Shown: one piece after another, positions 9,385-17,489 of the stretch
How the letters are laid out: every line of letters begins with the position of its first letter
How positions within the stretch are numbered: position 1 is the first letter of the stretch
Notes under the pieces: model-generated
Database searches by the model: none
Told to the model about the DNA's origin: nothing
The model's input: only the letters and a program-made list of their open reading frames with translations
Translations under genes and position numbers: made by a program
IMG/VR virus record: IMGVR_UViG_3300045988_052964
Span: 1-38,806 of that record
Reading direction: 5' to 3' (one strand)
Source of the DNA: a virus
Length of the DNA: 38,806 nt

Positions 9385-10734
9385 ATGGCTTTACGAGAGA
9401 AAGCACGGCTAACGCTTGATCTAACACGATATCAAGATCAAATTTTAGATATTAGCGGTTATTTTAACGGCCGTGTAGGAGACACAGATGATTATTTGCC
9501 GGTGTATATCACCAGCAACGGGTTACCGGTTAATATGAGCGGCTGGAAATATGAGTACGGCGGGGTAGATAATCAAGGACACGTGCATAAACATATCTAT
9601 CCAGTAAGAGGTGATGACCGTAACGACCAAATTATGTTGGGACGAGTAACGCTGCACTTTGATGAACGTACTTTTAACGTTCCTGGACACTGGCAACAAT
9701 TCTATATTAGATTTATTGGTAAAGATGGTTCGACCGTATCAACTGTTGATATGGATTTCAATGTTATTGATGATCAGTTTTTTGCACACATTGGGAACGC
9801 TGGCAGAGATTACATTGATGAACTCGAAAAAGTTTTGGATCAAGTAACTAACAAAGGTGAAACGATCAAAAGTGAGCTCACTGAAAAAGGCGAAACATAT
9901 AGTCGAGAGTTTAGTGAGTGGCTAGCTAAATACAAGCAATCATTAAATGATGCAATGGCAGAAATCAATGATCCTAAAAATGGTTTGTACATTCGCTATA
10001 ATCAATTGTTAGAAATGACAAAACAAATTCAAGAAACACTGAAGCAAGCCCAATTCCATGATCGAGTATGGCAATTCAGTGATGTTCCAACCATGCAAGC
10101 CTATACTCCACTAGCTGCAGGTGACCTTGCAATCACAAAAGGTTGGGACAACTATGATGACGGCCACGGGGCTGTTTGGCAAATTCGCGTTAAGCATAAG
10201 GATGAAGTTCCAGATGGCGCTAACGTCATCGCGTTAGCAAATGGTGTGGTTGCTGAACGTAATGCAAGTATAGTAACAGCTGACAGTTTAGAAGAATTAA
10301 TGTACGGATACAAAATCACAATCGTGCACAATCAGAAAGGCTATCCTAAACCAACTGTATTCTACTATGAAAATGCGATTGGTACTGAAATCGGTGGCTT
10401 TGCTGCTGGGTCATTTGGTGAAACATTAACTAAGTTAATTCCTTGCGAAGCTGAGTATACAAATAACAACTCAATTGTTGTACGCATACCACGCAATTTT
10501 TACATGAACGCTGCACCATTCTACAAGTATGGTGATTGGTATTTGAGAAGTGAGAACAAAGTAATTAAAATTAGTTTAGGTGATGTTGATGATACTGCTG
10601 CTAAGACTGGGGATGGCAAAGGAGGAAGCACCCTTGCAGGCGGATCTGGTTACTTTAGCAAGCCAACAAGTCCATCCGACTTGCGTGCTAGTTATATCGA
10701 TCAACATACACAACGCCTAGAATGGCGCAAATAA
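9385..10734 (+). CDS. Baseplate upper protein (BppU-like) / receptor-binding complex component
   Basis: 449 aa. The N-terminus MALREKARLTLDLTRYQDQILDISGYFNGRVGD resembles the BppU N-terminal domain. Has a central coiled coil. Confidence 0.6.
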   Translation: MALREKARLTLDLTRYQDQILDISGYFNGRVGDTDDYLPVYITSNGLPVNMSGWKYEYGGVDNQGHVHKHIYPVRGDDRNDQIMLGRVTLHFDERTFNVPGHWQQFYIRFIGKDGSTVSTVDMDFNVIDDQFFAHIGNAGRDYIDELEKVLDQVTNKGETIKSELTEKGETYSREFSEWLAKYKQSLNDAMAEINDPKNGLYIRYNQLLEMTKQIQETLKQAQFHDRVWQFSDVPTMQAYTPLAAGDLAITKGWDNYDDGHGAVWQIRVKHKDEVPDGANVIALANGVVAERNASIVTADSLEELMYGYKITIVHNQKGYPKPTVFYYENAIGTEIGGFAAGSFGETLTKLIPCEAEYTNNNSIVVRIPRNFYMNAAPFYKYGDWYLRSENKVIKISLGDVDDTAAKTGDGKGGSTLAGGSGYFSKPTSPSDLRASYIDQHTQRLEWRK

Positions 10735-10754
10735 AAAAGAAAGAAGGAACAAAC

Positions 10755-11147
10755 ATGGCAATAAATTTTGAACCTATTTTTTCTGAAATGCAAAATGGTC
10801 CAGAAGAGATTAAGGATAATTTCAACAAAGTCAACAATGGTTTGCGTTGGGGCCAACCACAGGACTTTTTAAATTTAGAAGGAATTGGTGCTTCTAATTC
10901 TTACAAGGTTAGAAATGATGGCAACTTTCTCTCAATAACAATGTATATCACTGGCGACGGTAACGGGTCATGTTATTTACCAATATCAATCTCAAAAAAG
11001 ATTGATTTCAATCAAGTAGTTGGGCGCACAGATAATGGTGCAGTTGGCTACATGAACATTAATTCTGGTACTGGTAAATGTACATTCAAAAAACCAGATA
11101 CTTCAGGAATGTATATTCAAGCGCTAGTTCCATTGGTAGAACACTAG
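10755..11147 (+). CDS. Hypothetical baseplate / receptor-binding candidate
   Basis: ATG 10755 with RBS GAAGGAAC. The track start at 10722 overlaps the upstream gene. Confidence 0.45.
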   Translation: MAINFEPIFSEMQNGPEEIKDNFNKVNNGLRWGQPQDFLNLEGIGASNSYKVRNDGNFLSITMYITGDGNGSCYLPISISKKIDFNQVVGRTDNGAVGYMNINSGTGKCTFKKPDTSGMYIQALVPLVEH

Positions 11148-11158
11148 GAGGAGAACAA

Positions 11159-11629
11159 ATGAAGAAAGTATATTTTTATGATAGCACTACAAAGGAATTT
11201 GCTGGCTATGATGTAATTGATGATGCTGCAGAATTTCCAGCTAATGCTACAACAGTAGCTCCCACTGGCTTGTATGCTCCAACTTGGAACAAAAACAAAA
11301 ACTCTTGGGATAGCTTAACAAAAGAAGAGTGGGACAAAGAGCATCCCGCTCCAGTGCCAAAGCCAACTCCAGAACAAATACAATTAGCGGCTTTAACTAA
11401 GCAAGTTATGGCATTACAAGCGGCAGCAACACAAAGTGAAGCAATAGATCTAAAAGAAACAAGTGAAGTAAACGAAGCAATGTATGCAATGTTCAAGGCG
11501 TACTATCCACTAGGATTATTTACTGTTGATGATTGCCGCTTAGCTGTTAAAGTTCATTATTTTGGCAAGAAAGAATTTAAAGAAATTACTGGCCAAGATT
11601 ATGATGCACCAGAGGCTCCAGCAGTTTAA
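11159..11629 (+). CDS. XkdW/XkdX-like tail-lysis junction protein
   Basis: RBS AGGAGGAG before ATG 11159. The C-terminus ...YYPLGLFTVDDCRLAVKVHYFGKKEFKEITGQDY resembles the XkdX motif. Gene order mirrors PBSX xkdW-xkdX-xhlA-holin-lysin. Confidence 0.45.
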   Translation: MKKVYFYDSTTKEFAGYDVIDDAAEFPANATTVAPTGLYAPTWNKNKNSWDSLTKEEWDKEHPAPVPKPTPEQIQLAALTKQVMALQAAATQSEAIDLKETSEVNEAMYAMFKAYYPLGLFTVDDCRLAVKVHYFGKKEFKEITGQDYDAPEAPAV

Positions 11630-11673
11630 GATAATGACAGGGTGGGCGGGTAGGATTAAGCAGGTGAGTATAT

Positions 11674-11982
11674 GTGCATTCATTATTAGGATATTCATGG
11701 ACGGATATCGCGGCGATGTTGGCGGCTGTTTCTGCTCTTTTTGGCGGAGTCTGTTGGCTAATTAAACGTGGCGCTGACGTGATAAACATGGCAATTAATG
11801 CTGGGACATTCCCGCTACAACAACAGTTTAAAGAACTAACCAATACGATTAAACAGCTCAACAACAATCTTGAAGAGCAACACAAAGACTTAGAGGAAGT
11901 AAGAAGAGAAGTTAGTAGACACCATGACACATTGATTGAATTTAAAAATCGAATTGAAAATTTGGAGGATGACAAAAAGTGA
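11674..11982 (+). CDS. XhlA-like membrane-anchored coiled-coil lysis accessory protein
   Basis: N-terminal TM segment (IAAMLAAVSALFGGVCWLI) followed by a coiled coil. Lies directly upstream of the holin. The GTG start is uncertain. Confidence 0.5.
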   Translation: MHSLLGYSWTDIAAMLAAVSALFGGVCWLIKRGADVINMAINAGTFPLQQQFKELTNTIKQLNNNLEEQHKDLEEVRREVSRHHDTLIEFKNRIENLEDDKK

Positions 11983-12338
11983 AAATTATCAATGATATTA
12001 TCGAATGGTTAATACAGACAGGCCTATTATCTGTATTAGCTATTTTTTTGCTTAAGCAACTCAAACCAGTTTTAGATAATAAGGCTGAGCATGCATCCAC
12101 TGAACAATCTAAAGCACTCTGGGTGCTGCTTGAACAAGTAGCAGATATGGCTGTTACTAGCTTAGTAGGCCAAGATAAGAGCGGACGTGAAAAGTTTGAT
12201 GAAGCTAGTATGATTGTTAATGATGTTATGAAGAAACAAGGATATAAGCTTGACTCACAAACTATCCACACTGCCGTTCAATCAGCTTACGAGAAATCAG
12301 ATTTAACACCAACAGTTAAGATTAAGGAGGACAAATAA
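11979..12338 (+). CDS. Holin (LL-H / holin superfamily 6-like)
   Basis: One N-terminal TM segment followed by a long charged tail. Overlaps the XhlA-like gene and abuts the endolysin gene. Confidence 0.55.
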   Translation: MKIINDIIEWLIQTGLLSVLAIFLLKQLKPVLDNKAEHASTEQSKALWVLLEQVADMAVTSLVGQDKSGREKFDEASMIVNDVMKKQGYKLDSQTIHTAVQSAYEKSDLTPTVKIKEDK

Positions 12339-13267
12339 TGGCTATGTACACAGTAGACGTTTATTCAGGGTCAGATGATAGTATTATTCGTGATCCACAC
12401 GCTCAAGGAGTAATTGTGAAGGCTACTCAAGGCACAGGATATGTCAATCCCAAGTGCAATCACCAATGGGATCTAGCCGGAGAACTTGGTAAAAAGCGCG
12501 GTTTATATCATTATGCTGGTGGCGGTAATCCAGTATCAGAAGCACAGTATTTTATTAATAATATCAAGAACTATGTTGGTCAAGGTATGCTAGTTATCGA
12601 CTGGGAAGGTTACCAAAATTCAGCATGGGGTGACTCTAACTGGGTTCGCCAATTTGTAGATGAAGTACACCGTTTAACCGGGGTATGGTGTGTTATCTAT
12701 GTTCAAGAGTCAGCTTTGAACCAAGTGGCTAACTGTGCAAAGGATTGTGCTGTTTGGGTAGCCAAGTATGCATCTATGAACTGGAACTCTTGGACAGTAC
12801 CAGATATGAACGTGTCTAGTGGTGCTTTTGCTTCAATCGCTGGCTGGCAATATACAGGCGGAGATATGGATAGATCTATCTGGTATCTGGATGCTAACGC
12901 TTGGGATAAGTTTGCTAAGGCTGGATCAAAGCCACAAACTGAAACACCTAAACCAGCTCCAGCGCCTAGCCAAAATAATACTGCATACGACTCTTGGACT
13001 GATGACTTAGGCGTTAAGTGGTACAAGGAAGATGGCAAATTTACTGTTACTGTTGATGAAGGTATTATGTTACGCTGGGGTGCAACAACAAAATCAGCTA
13101 AGATTGGGGCTTTACCTAAAGGCTCAGTTGTTAAATATGATGCTTTCTGTCACTCTGGCGCCTATGTATGGATTAGACAGCCTAGAGGCAACGGACAATA
13201 TGGTTACTTGCCAACTGGTGTAAGTGTAAATGGCAAGCGTGTAAACAGCTGGGGCAAATTTGAATAA
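12338..13267 (+). CDS. Endolysin: GH25 muramidase with a C-terminal SH3-type cell-wall-binding domain
   Basis: GH25-like GVIVKATQGTGYVNP...GLYHYA...LVIDWE. Has a Pro/Thr linker and an SH3b-like C-terminus (GALPKGSVVKYD...GYLPTG). Confidence 0.85.
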   Translation: MAMYTVDVYSGSDDSIIRDPHAQGVIVKATQGTGYVNPKCNHQWDLAGELGKKRGLYHYAGGGNPVSEAQYFINNIKNYVGQGMLVIDWEGYQNSAWGDSNWVRQFVDEVHRLTGVWCVIYVQESALNQVANCAKDCAVWVAKYASMNWNSWTVPDMNVSSGAFASIAGWQYTGGDMDRSIWYLDANAWDKFAKAGSKPQTETPKPAPAPSQNNTAYDSWTDDLGVKWYKEDGKFTVTVDEGIMLRWGATTKSAKIGALPKGSVVKYDAFCHSGAYVWIRQPRGNGQYGYLPTGVSVNGKRVNSWGKFE

Positions 13268-13274
13268 TGTTTTG

Positions 13275-13305
13275 AGCCTACCTTTAGGGGTAGGCTTATT
13301 TTTTA
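13275..13305 (+). terminator. Intrinsic terminator after the endolysin gene
   Basis: 8-bp stem AGCCTACC/GGTAGGCT with a 6-nt loop, followed by TATTTTTT. Confidence 0.8.
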
Positions 13306-13316
13306 TGCTTTTAAAA

Positions 13317-13345
13317 TTGATAGCAACAGCTTATACTGATATAAT
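13317..13345 (+). promoter_or_regulatory. Sigma-70-type promoter (TTGATA, 17-bp spacer, TATAAT)
   Basis: -35 at 13317-13322 and -10 at 13340-13345. Confidence 0.6.
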
Positions 13346-13351
13346 ATAGTT

Positions 13352-13418
13352 GCAGGCGCTACAGTGTTGGTACACTGACTAAACAGACCCTACTAAATTG
13401 TAGGGTCTTATTTTTTTT
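13352..13418 (+). ncRNA. Candidate small RNA of about 65 nt (promoter to terminator, no ORF)
   Basis: Contains hairpin CAGTGT-TGGT-ACACTG followed by a terminator hairpin AGACCCTAC/GTAGGGTCT plus a T8 run (13385-13418). Confidence 0.3.
13385..13418 (+). terminator. Intrinsic terminator
   Basis: 9-bp stem with a 6-nt loop, followed by TATTTTTTTT. Confidence 0.75.
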
Positions 13419-13440
13419 GCACTTTTTTATAAAAAAGGTA

Positions 13441-13473
13441 TTGAAATATACCTAATAATAGTATATTATATAC
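13441..13473 (+). promoter_or_regulatory. Early promoter (TTGAAA, 17-bp spacer, TATTAT) overlapped by the 13-bp perfect palindrome GTATATTATATAC
   Basis: -35 at 13441-13446, -10 at 13464-13469, palindrome at 13461-13473. Confidence 0.6.
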
Positions 13474-13502
13474 TTGTAAGATAAATAGAGGAGGTCATTA
13501 TT

Positions 13503-14072
13503 ATGAGTATTGAAAAAATCTTTGATTTAGCCGAAGAGCTAAACCTGGTAAACAAGACGTTTACCACAGCAGACGGACGTGATGGAGAAACCGGGATAGA
13601 TGGTTGGCTATACCTGCCAGAAACGACGGTATTCCGTGAAGGAAATAAAGTTGCCAGAGTTTTTGTTTCTAATTTCTTTGGTAACTTAATTGAATTCGCG
13701 GATGGTACAAGCTTGGATGTGTCCAAAGAAAAAGGCTTTGATAAAGCTATTGCCAAAATTAAGAAAATTTCTCAAAACAGTCCTGATAATTCAGAGTTAA
13801 CATTTGAGGAAAAACATCCAAACGAAACGTTTGATGTTGATGGGCTTCCGGTTGATGATGCTATGATCAGTATTATCAACATGGTAGGGGACAACTTTGA
13901 AGTCTTTTTCGATGTTCCCGATTGTGTCGATGGTTGGGCTATCGTCGAAATAAAGGACGATAACAACATCGTTCCTGTTGAAGTAGATGATACTTCAATT
14001 AAATTAGATGATGAAGAAATAACAGCTGTCGAACTTGTACATCATCTAAGCAAAATCTTCAAAGAACGATAG
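13503..14072 (+). CDS. Highly acidic early protein of unknown function
   Basis: RBS AGAGGAGG. 189 aa. By my count it has 41 D/E against 18 K/R. It is the first gene of the early operon. Confidence 0.7.
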   Translation: MSIEKIFDLAEELNLVNKTFTTADGRDGETGIDGWLYLPETTVFREGNKVARVFVSNFFGNLIEFADGTSLDVSKEKGFDKAIAKIKKISQNSPDNSELTFEEKHPNETFDVDGLPVDDAMISIINMVGDNFEVFFDVPDCVDGWAIVEIKDDNNIVPVEVDDTSIKLDDEEITAVELVHHLSKIFKER

Positions 14073-14085
14073 GAGGCGATTAAAT

Positions 14086-14298
14086 ATGCAAAAGTACACA
14101 ACGCTCAGAGTTTTAAGAGCTGAACGGGATTTGACTCAAGCCAGCCTAGCCCAAGCACTAGGAGTCACGCAAAAAGTGATTTCATCGTGGGAGACGGGCC
14201 GAAGCAATCCCAGACCCGTGATGATGCAAAAGGTAGAAGACTTTTTCAACGTGCCAAAGGAAGAGATTTTTCTAAAAGCCTTTGGGAAGAGCAAATAG
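14086..14298 (+). CDS. XRE/Cro-type HTH transcriptional regulator
   Basis: LRAERDLTQASLAQALGVTQKVISSWETG is a classical HTH_3 pattern. Confidence 0.8.
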   Translation: MQKYTTLRVLRAERDLTQASLAQALGVTQKVISSWETGRSNPRPVMMQKVEDFFNVPKEEIFLKAFGKSK

Positions 14299-14309
14299 GA
14301 GGAACTGAA

Positions 14310-15098
14310 ATGAGTGAACTAAAAATATTAGGAACTGAAAAAATTGGTAGTTTTGAATTTACTGGAATTGAAGGCGGCTTTGGTGAAAATAAAAGAGCCA
14401 TGCTAGTTAAAGATATAGCTTTGATCCATGACAGACCAGTTAAAGCAATTAACCAAGCGATAGAAAGACAACTTAACAGATTTAAAAATGGGATAGATAT
14501 CTTAGATTTGAAGGCTGAAAATTTTGCGGTCACACTGAGTGACCTCGGATTTAATCAAGGGCAGATTAACGCATCCAAACATATCTACCTACTCTCAGAG
14601 CGTGGATATGCCAAGTTACTCAAAATTCTTGAAGATGATAAAGCTTGGGAAATCTATGATGAGTTGGTGGATAACTACTTTAACATGAGATACGTCATTC
14701 AAAAGCAAGACTCATATATGATCAACGACCCAATTCAACGCGCTAAACGTTGGATTGAAGAGCAGCAGGAACACCAAGCCAAATTAAATATACTGCAGCC
14801 TAAGGCAATCAAATATGATCGCTACTTAAGCAACAAAGGACTGATTACAACTACTCAGATCGCCAAAGAATACGGGATGAGCGGGGTCAAATTATATCAG
14901 TTCTTACACGATAAAGGGATCATCTATAAGCGAGGTAGCAAATGGTTTGTTTATCAAAAATTTGCAAATAGCCACTTAGTAGGATATGAGATTTTCGCAC
15001 CAAATGATAATATCGTTAAACATACGCTCAAATGGACTACTAAAGGCGAACAATTTGTTAGAGAGTTACTTGAGGCTAATGACATAATGCCAGCTTAA
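14310..15098 (+). CDS. Antirepressor-type protein (ORF6N/KilA-N-like N-terminus plus KilAC C-terminus)
   Basis: ATG 14310 with RBS AGGAGG. The C-terminus LITTTQIAKEYGMSGVKLYQFLHDKGIIYKRG is KilAC-like. The track start 14187 overlaps the HTH gene and is rejected. Confidence 0.7.
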   Translation: MSELKILGTEKIGSFEFTGIEGGFGENKRAMLVKDIALIHDRPVKAINQAIERQLNRFKNGIDILDLKAENFAVTLSDLGFNQGQINASKHIYLLSERGYAKLLKILEDDKAWEIYDELVDNYFNMRYVIQKQDSYMINDPIQRAKRWIEEQQEHQAKLNILQPKAIKYDRYLSNKGLITTTQIAKEYGMSGVKLYQFLHDKGIIYKRGSKWFVYQKFANSHLVGYEIFAPNDNIVKHTLKWTTKGEQFVRELLEANDIMPA

Positions 15099-15112
15099 GG
15101 AGGAAAATTATT

Positions 15113-15784
15113 ATGACAAAGAAAAATAAAAAAGAAAACGAAAATGTTTATGTTGCAAAGAAACCATTTTACAAGAGAGTTTGGTTCTGGATCTTAGCTA
15201 TTTTGGCTATTATAGTTATTGGAGGAGCTGTAGGTGGTGGATCTGATCCAGATACATCGCCAACTTCAGAGAACAACTCAAGTTCAAGCTCAAGCAATAA
15301 GGCTAGCACTCAAAACGATGCATTTAGAAAAGCATTTGATAATATAACTGTCGGTGATTTGATGAACCACGGCGATGGTGGAACAACCCTTAGTGATGTC
15401 GAGAAAGTTTTAGGCAAGCCTTCCACAACATCAACAACAACTATACAGGGAATAGAAACTAAAAATTACATCTGGAGTAAAGGCGGTGTGTCCATTACCG
15501 TTGTATTTAATGGCGATCAGGCTGTTTCTAAGCATATAACAGGTTTCAAATTCTCACGTGCTCCTAAATTCAATCTAGACGCTTATAACAGTCTTGAAGA
15601 TGGTTCTTCGTATGAAGATGTTGTAAGTAAGTATGGTGAGCCTGATGGTTTAAGTGAAATGATTATTGGTGGTAATAAGAATGTTACTGCAACATGGGCA
15701 ACCGGCACTAAAGGTGGTACAATTACATTAGAATTTACAAATGACAGTTTAGTTTCTAAAGCGCAATCTGGTTTAGAAAACTAA
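15113..15784 (+). CDS. Membrane-anchored extracytoplasmic protein (DUF3862/BLIP-like repeats)
   Basis: N-terminal TM segment VWFWILAILAIIVIGGAV, a Ser-rich linker, then two similar domains (..LSDVEKVLGKPS.. and ..YEDVVSKYGEPD..). Confidence 0.6.
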   Translation: MTKKNKKENENVYVAKKPFYKRVWFWILAILAIIVIGGAVGGGSDPDTSPTSENNSSSSSSNKASTQNDAFRKAFDNITVGDLMNHGDGGTTLSDVEKVLGKPSTTSTTTIQGIETKNYIWSKGGVSITVVFNGDQAVSKHITGFKFSRAPKFNLDAYNSLEDGSSYEDVVSKYGEPDGLSEMIIGGNKNVTATWATGTKGGTITLEFTNDSLVSKAQSGLEN

Positions 15785-15804
15785 AACTAAAAATAAGCCA
15801 AGAG

Positions 15805-15843
15805 GTCTTACTTCTACTACAGTAGAGGTAAGGCTTTTTTTAT
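15805..15843 (+). terminator. Intrinsic terminator
   Basis: 13-bp stem (two G-U pairs) with a 4-nt loop and a T7 run. Confidence 0.8.
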
Positions 15844-15900
15844 TCGCATTATTTATTGATTAAATAAAATACACTTTTTTAAAAAAAGTTCAAAAAAGTA

Positions 15901-15928
15901 TTTACTTTTATAAAAAGTTTAGTATAAT
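15901..15928 (+). promoter_or_regulatory. Promoter (TTTACT, 16-bp spacer, TATAAT)
   Basis: -10 at 15923-15928, upstream of the HTH gene. Confidence 0.45.
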
Positions 15929-15957
15929 AAAAGTATAAAGTTAAAGGAGGCAATAAC

Positions 15958-16164
15958 ATGGATTTATTAAAAGACAATGCTAACTCTATTTTAAAGGAAG
16001 AGTTGAAAAATAAAGGTTTAAAGCAAAAGTTTGTAGCTGAACATATTGGAATTGCAAACACATACCTAAGCCAATTGTTAAATGGCAGTAAGCCTTTGAC
16101 TGTTGAAGTTGCAATCAAAACGGCACGTTTCTTGAATGTACCACTTGAAAAGATTTTAAATTAG
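15958..16164 (+). CDS. XRE-type HTH regulator
   Basis: LKQKFVAEHIGIANTYLSQLLNG is an HTH pattern. RBS AAAGGAGG. Confidence 0.7.
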   Translation: MDLLKDNANSILKEELKNKGLKQKFVAEHIGIANTYLSQLLNGSKPLTVEVAIKTARFLNVPLEKILN

Positions 16165-16179
16165 AAAGGAAGAATTGAA

Positions 16180-16896
16180 ATGAAAGAACTTATCAAAATT
16201 ACAAAAGATGAACAAGGAATTTCAGTTGTTAGTGGTAGAGACTTACACGAATTTTTAGGAATTAACACAGAATATAAGAAATGGTTTAACCGTATGACCG
16301 AGTATGGTTTCACAGAAAATGCAGATTTTGTAAGGGTGACCCAAAAATGTCACACCCCTGGTGGAATTCAAAACATCACAGATCACGCAATGATTTTGGA
16401 CATGGCAAAAGAAATATCTATGATCCAACGAACAAATAAAGGCAAACAAGCACGTCAATATTTTATCGAAGTAGAAAAGGAATTCAGAAAGCAATGTCAA
16501 CTGCCTCAAACTCCAGAAGAAAAACTCGAATTAACGATGCAAGTAACAACACGGATCAATAAGCGACTTGGGAAGGTTGAAGAAAAGATTGACGAAATTC
16601 AAAACAAATCAGAAATTGACTCAGATCAGCGATATAAGCTTTGGGTTGCTAGAAACAAGAAAGCAGTCAAGACACTAGGCGGCAAAGATAGCAATGCTTA
16701 TAAGAACAAGATTTTATCAAGAAGAGTATTTAGAGTTTTAGAACGTGAATTCAAAGAAGCATTTGTGATTTCACGTTACGAAGATCTTAAGAAAGAAAAT
16801 TTTGATAAAGCGATAGATTTTATTGATAATTGGTATCCGCCATGTGGTTTAAACCGAGAGATTGAAGCTATAAACTCACAAGAAAATTTATTCTAA
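16180..16896 (+). CDS. Antirepressor-type protein (AntA N-terminus plus ORF6C-like C-terminus)
   Basis: VVSGRDLHEFLGINTEYKKWFNRMTEYGFTENADF is AntA-like. The C-terminus is helical and ORF6C-like. Confidence 0.65.
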   Translation: MKELIKITKDEQGISVVSGRDLHEFLGINTEYKKWFNRMTEYGFTENADFVRVTQKCHTPGGIQNITDHAMILDMAKEISMIQRTNKGKQARQYFIEVEKEFRKQCQLPQTPEEKLELTMQVTTRINKRLGKVEEKIDEIQNKSEIDSDQRYKLWVARNKKAVKTLGGKDSNAYKNKILSRRVFRVLEREFKEAFVISRYEDLKKENFDKAIDFIDNWYPPCGLNREIEAINSQENLF

Positions 16897-16908
16897 GGAG
16901 GTGATCAG

Positions 16909-17013
16909 GTGAAACCTGTATTAGCGGTTTTGGCTGCTTGCCTGGTTTACATCACCGTGTTTGTCGGTGTGAGTTGGGCTAAAGATAAAATTAATGATTG
17001 GAATGATAAATAA
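16909..17013 (+). CDS. Small single-TM peptide (34 aa)
   Basis: GTG start with RBS AAGGAGGTG. Sequence VKPVLAVLAACLVYITVFVGVSWAKDKINDWNDK. Confidence 0.45.
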   Translation: MKPVLAVLAACLVYITVFVGVSWAKDKINDWNDK

Positions 17014-17111
17014 TGTGGTGTATATACGGAATATTCGCATGTATGGCATTTGCCTGTAGTGTAGATCTTTATAGATGGAACAAGAAACGTAAGGGAGGTG
17101 ATGAAAAATGA
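17013..17111 (+). CDS. Small single-TM peptide (32 aa)
   Basis: TAATG coupling with the upstream gene. Sequence MWCIYGIFACMAFACSVDLYRWNKKRKGGDEK. Confidence 0.4.
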   Translation: MWCIYGIFACMAFACSVDLYRWNKKRKGGDEK

Positions 17112-17221
17112 TTACATTAACTAACGCTGGTTATTGGACCTTGATAGGTTTATCAGTACTTGGCGGCTATGTACTGCACGCCGTAATAGATGCAATCAAA
17201 GATGGAACTTTCTTCGATTAG
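17108..17221 (+). CDS. Small single-TM peptide (37 aa)
   Basis: RBS AAGGGAGGTG. ATGA overlap with the upstream gene. Sequence MITLTNAGYWTLIGLSVLGGYVLHAVIDAIKDGTFFD. Confidence 0.45.
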   Translation: MITLTNAGYWTLIGLSVLGGYVLHAVIDAIKDGTFFD

Positions 17222-17329
17222 AAATAAAAAAGCTAGATCGTTAAGACCTAGCTCTTCAGGAAGACATAAATTTAAAATAAGAATTTAAAATTGAATTTGT
17301 GTCTTTATTATAACACAAGGAGGTAAGCA

Positions 17330-17485
17330 ATGGAAAGAGGAGAAATAGATCAAGCTATTGAACACCTATATGGCAAGGATACGACAGCCTTACCAGATGA
17401 TAGATATTTAGAGCACAAAGGACAAGAATACCTTAACAGTCAAGGCTGGTTAGAACGTGAGTTAGGAAACAAGAAAGGAAGATAA
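17330..17485 (+). CDS. Hypothetical 51-aa protein
   Basis: RBS AAGGAGG lies 7 nt upstream. Sequence begins MERGEIDQAIEHLYGKD... Confidence 0.45.
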   Translation: MERGEIDQAIEHLYGKDTTALPDDRYLEHKGQEYLNSQGWLERELGNKKGR

Positions 17486-17489
17486 AAAA

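Noticed and set aside
13268-13502. attP site or integrase remnant after the endolysin gene
   Set aside because: No integrase ORF or fragment is visible in any frame here or elsewhere, and there is no obvious tRNA-matching core. Only promoters and terminators are present, so the region is reported as a possible sRNA locus instead.
14187-14309. Track start 14187 for the first antirepressor gene, overlapping the XRE gene by 112 nt
   Set aside because: An internal ATG at 14310 has an AGGAGG RBS and starts right after the HTH gene stop. The long overlap in another frame is implausible.
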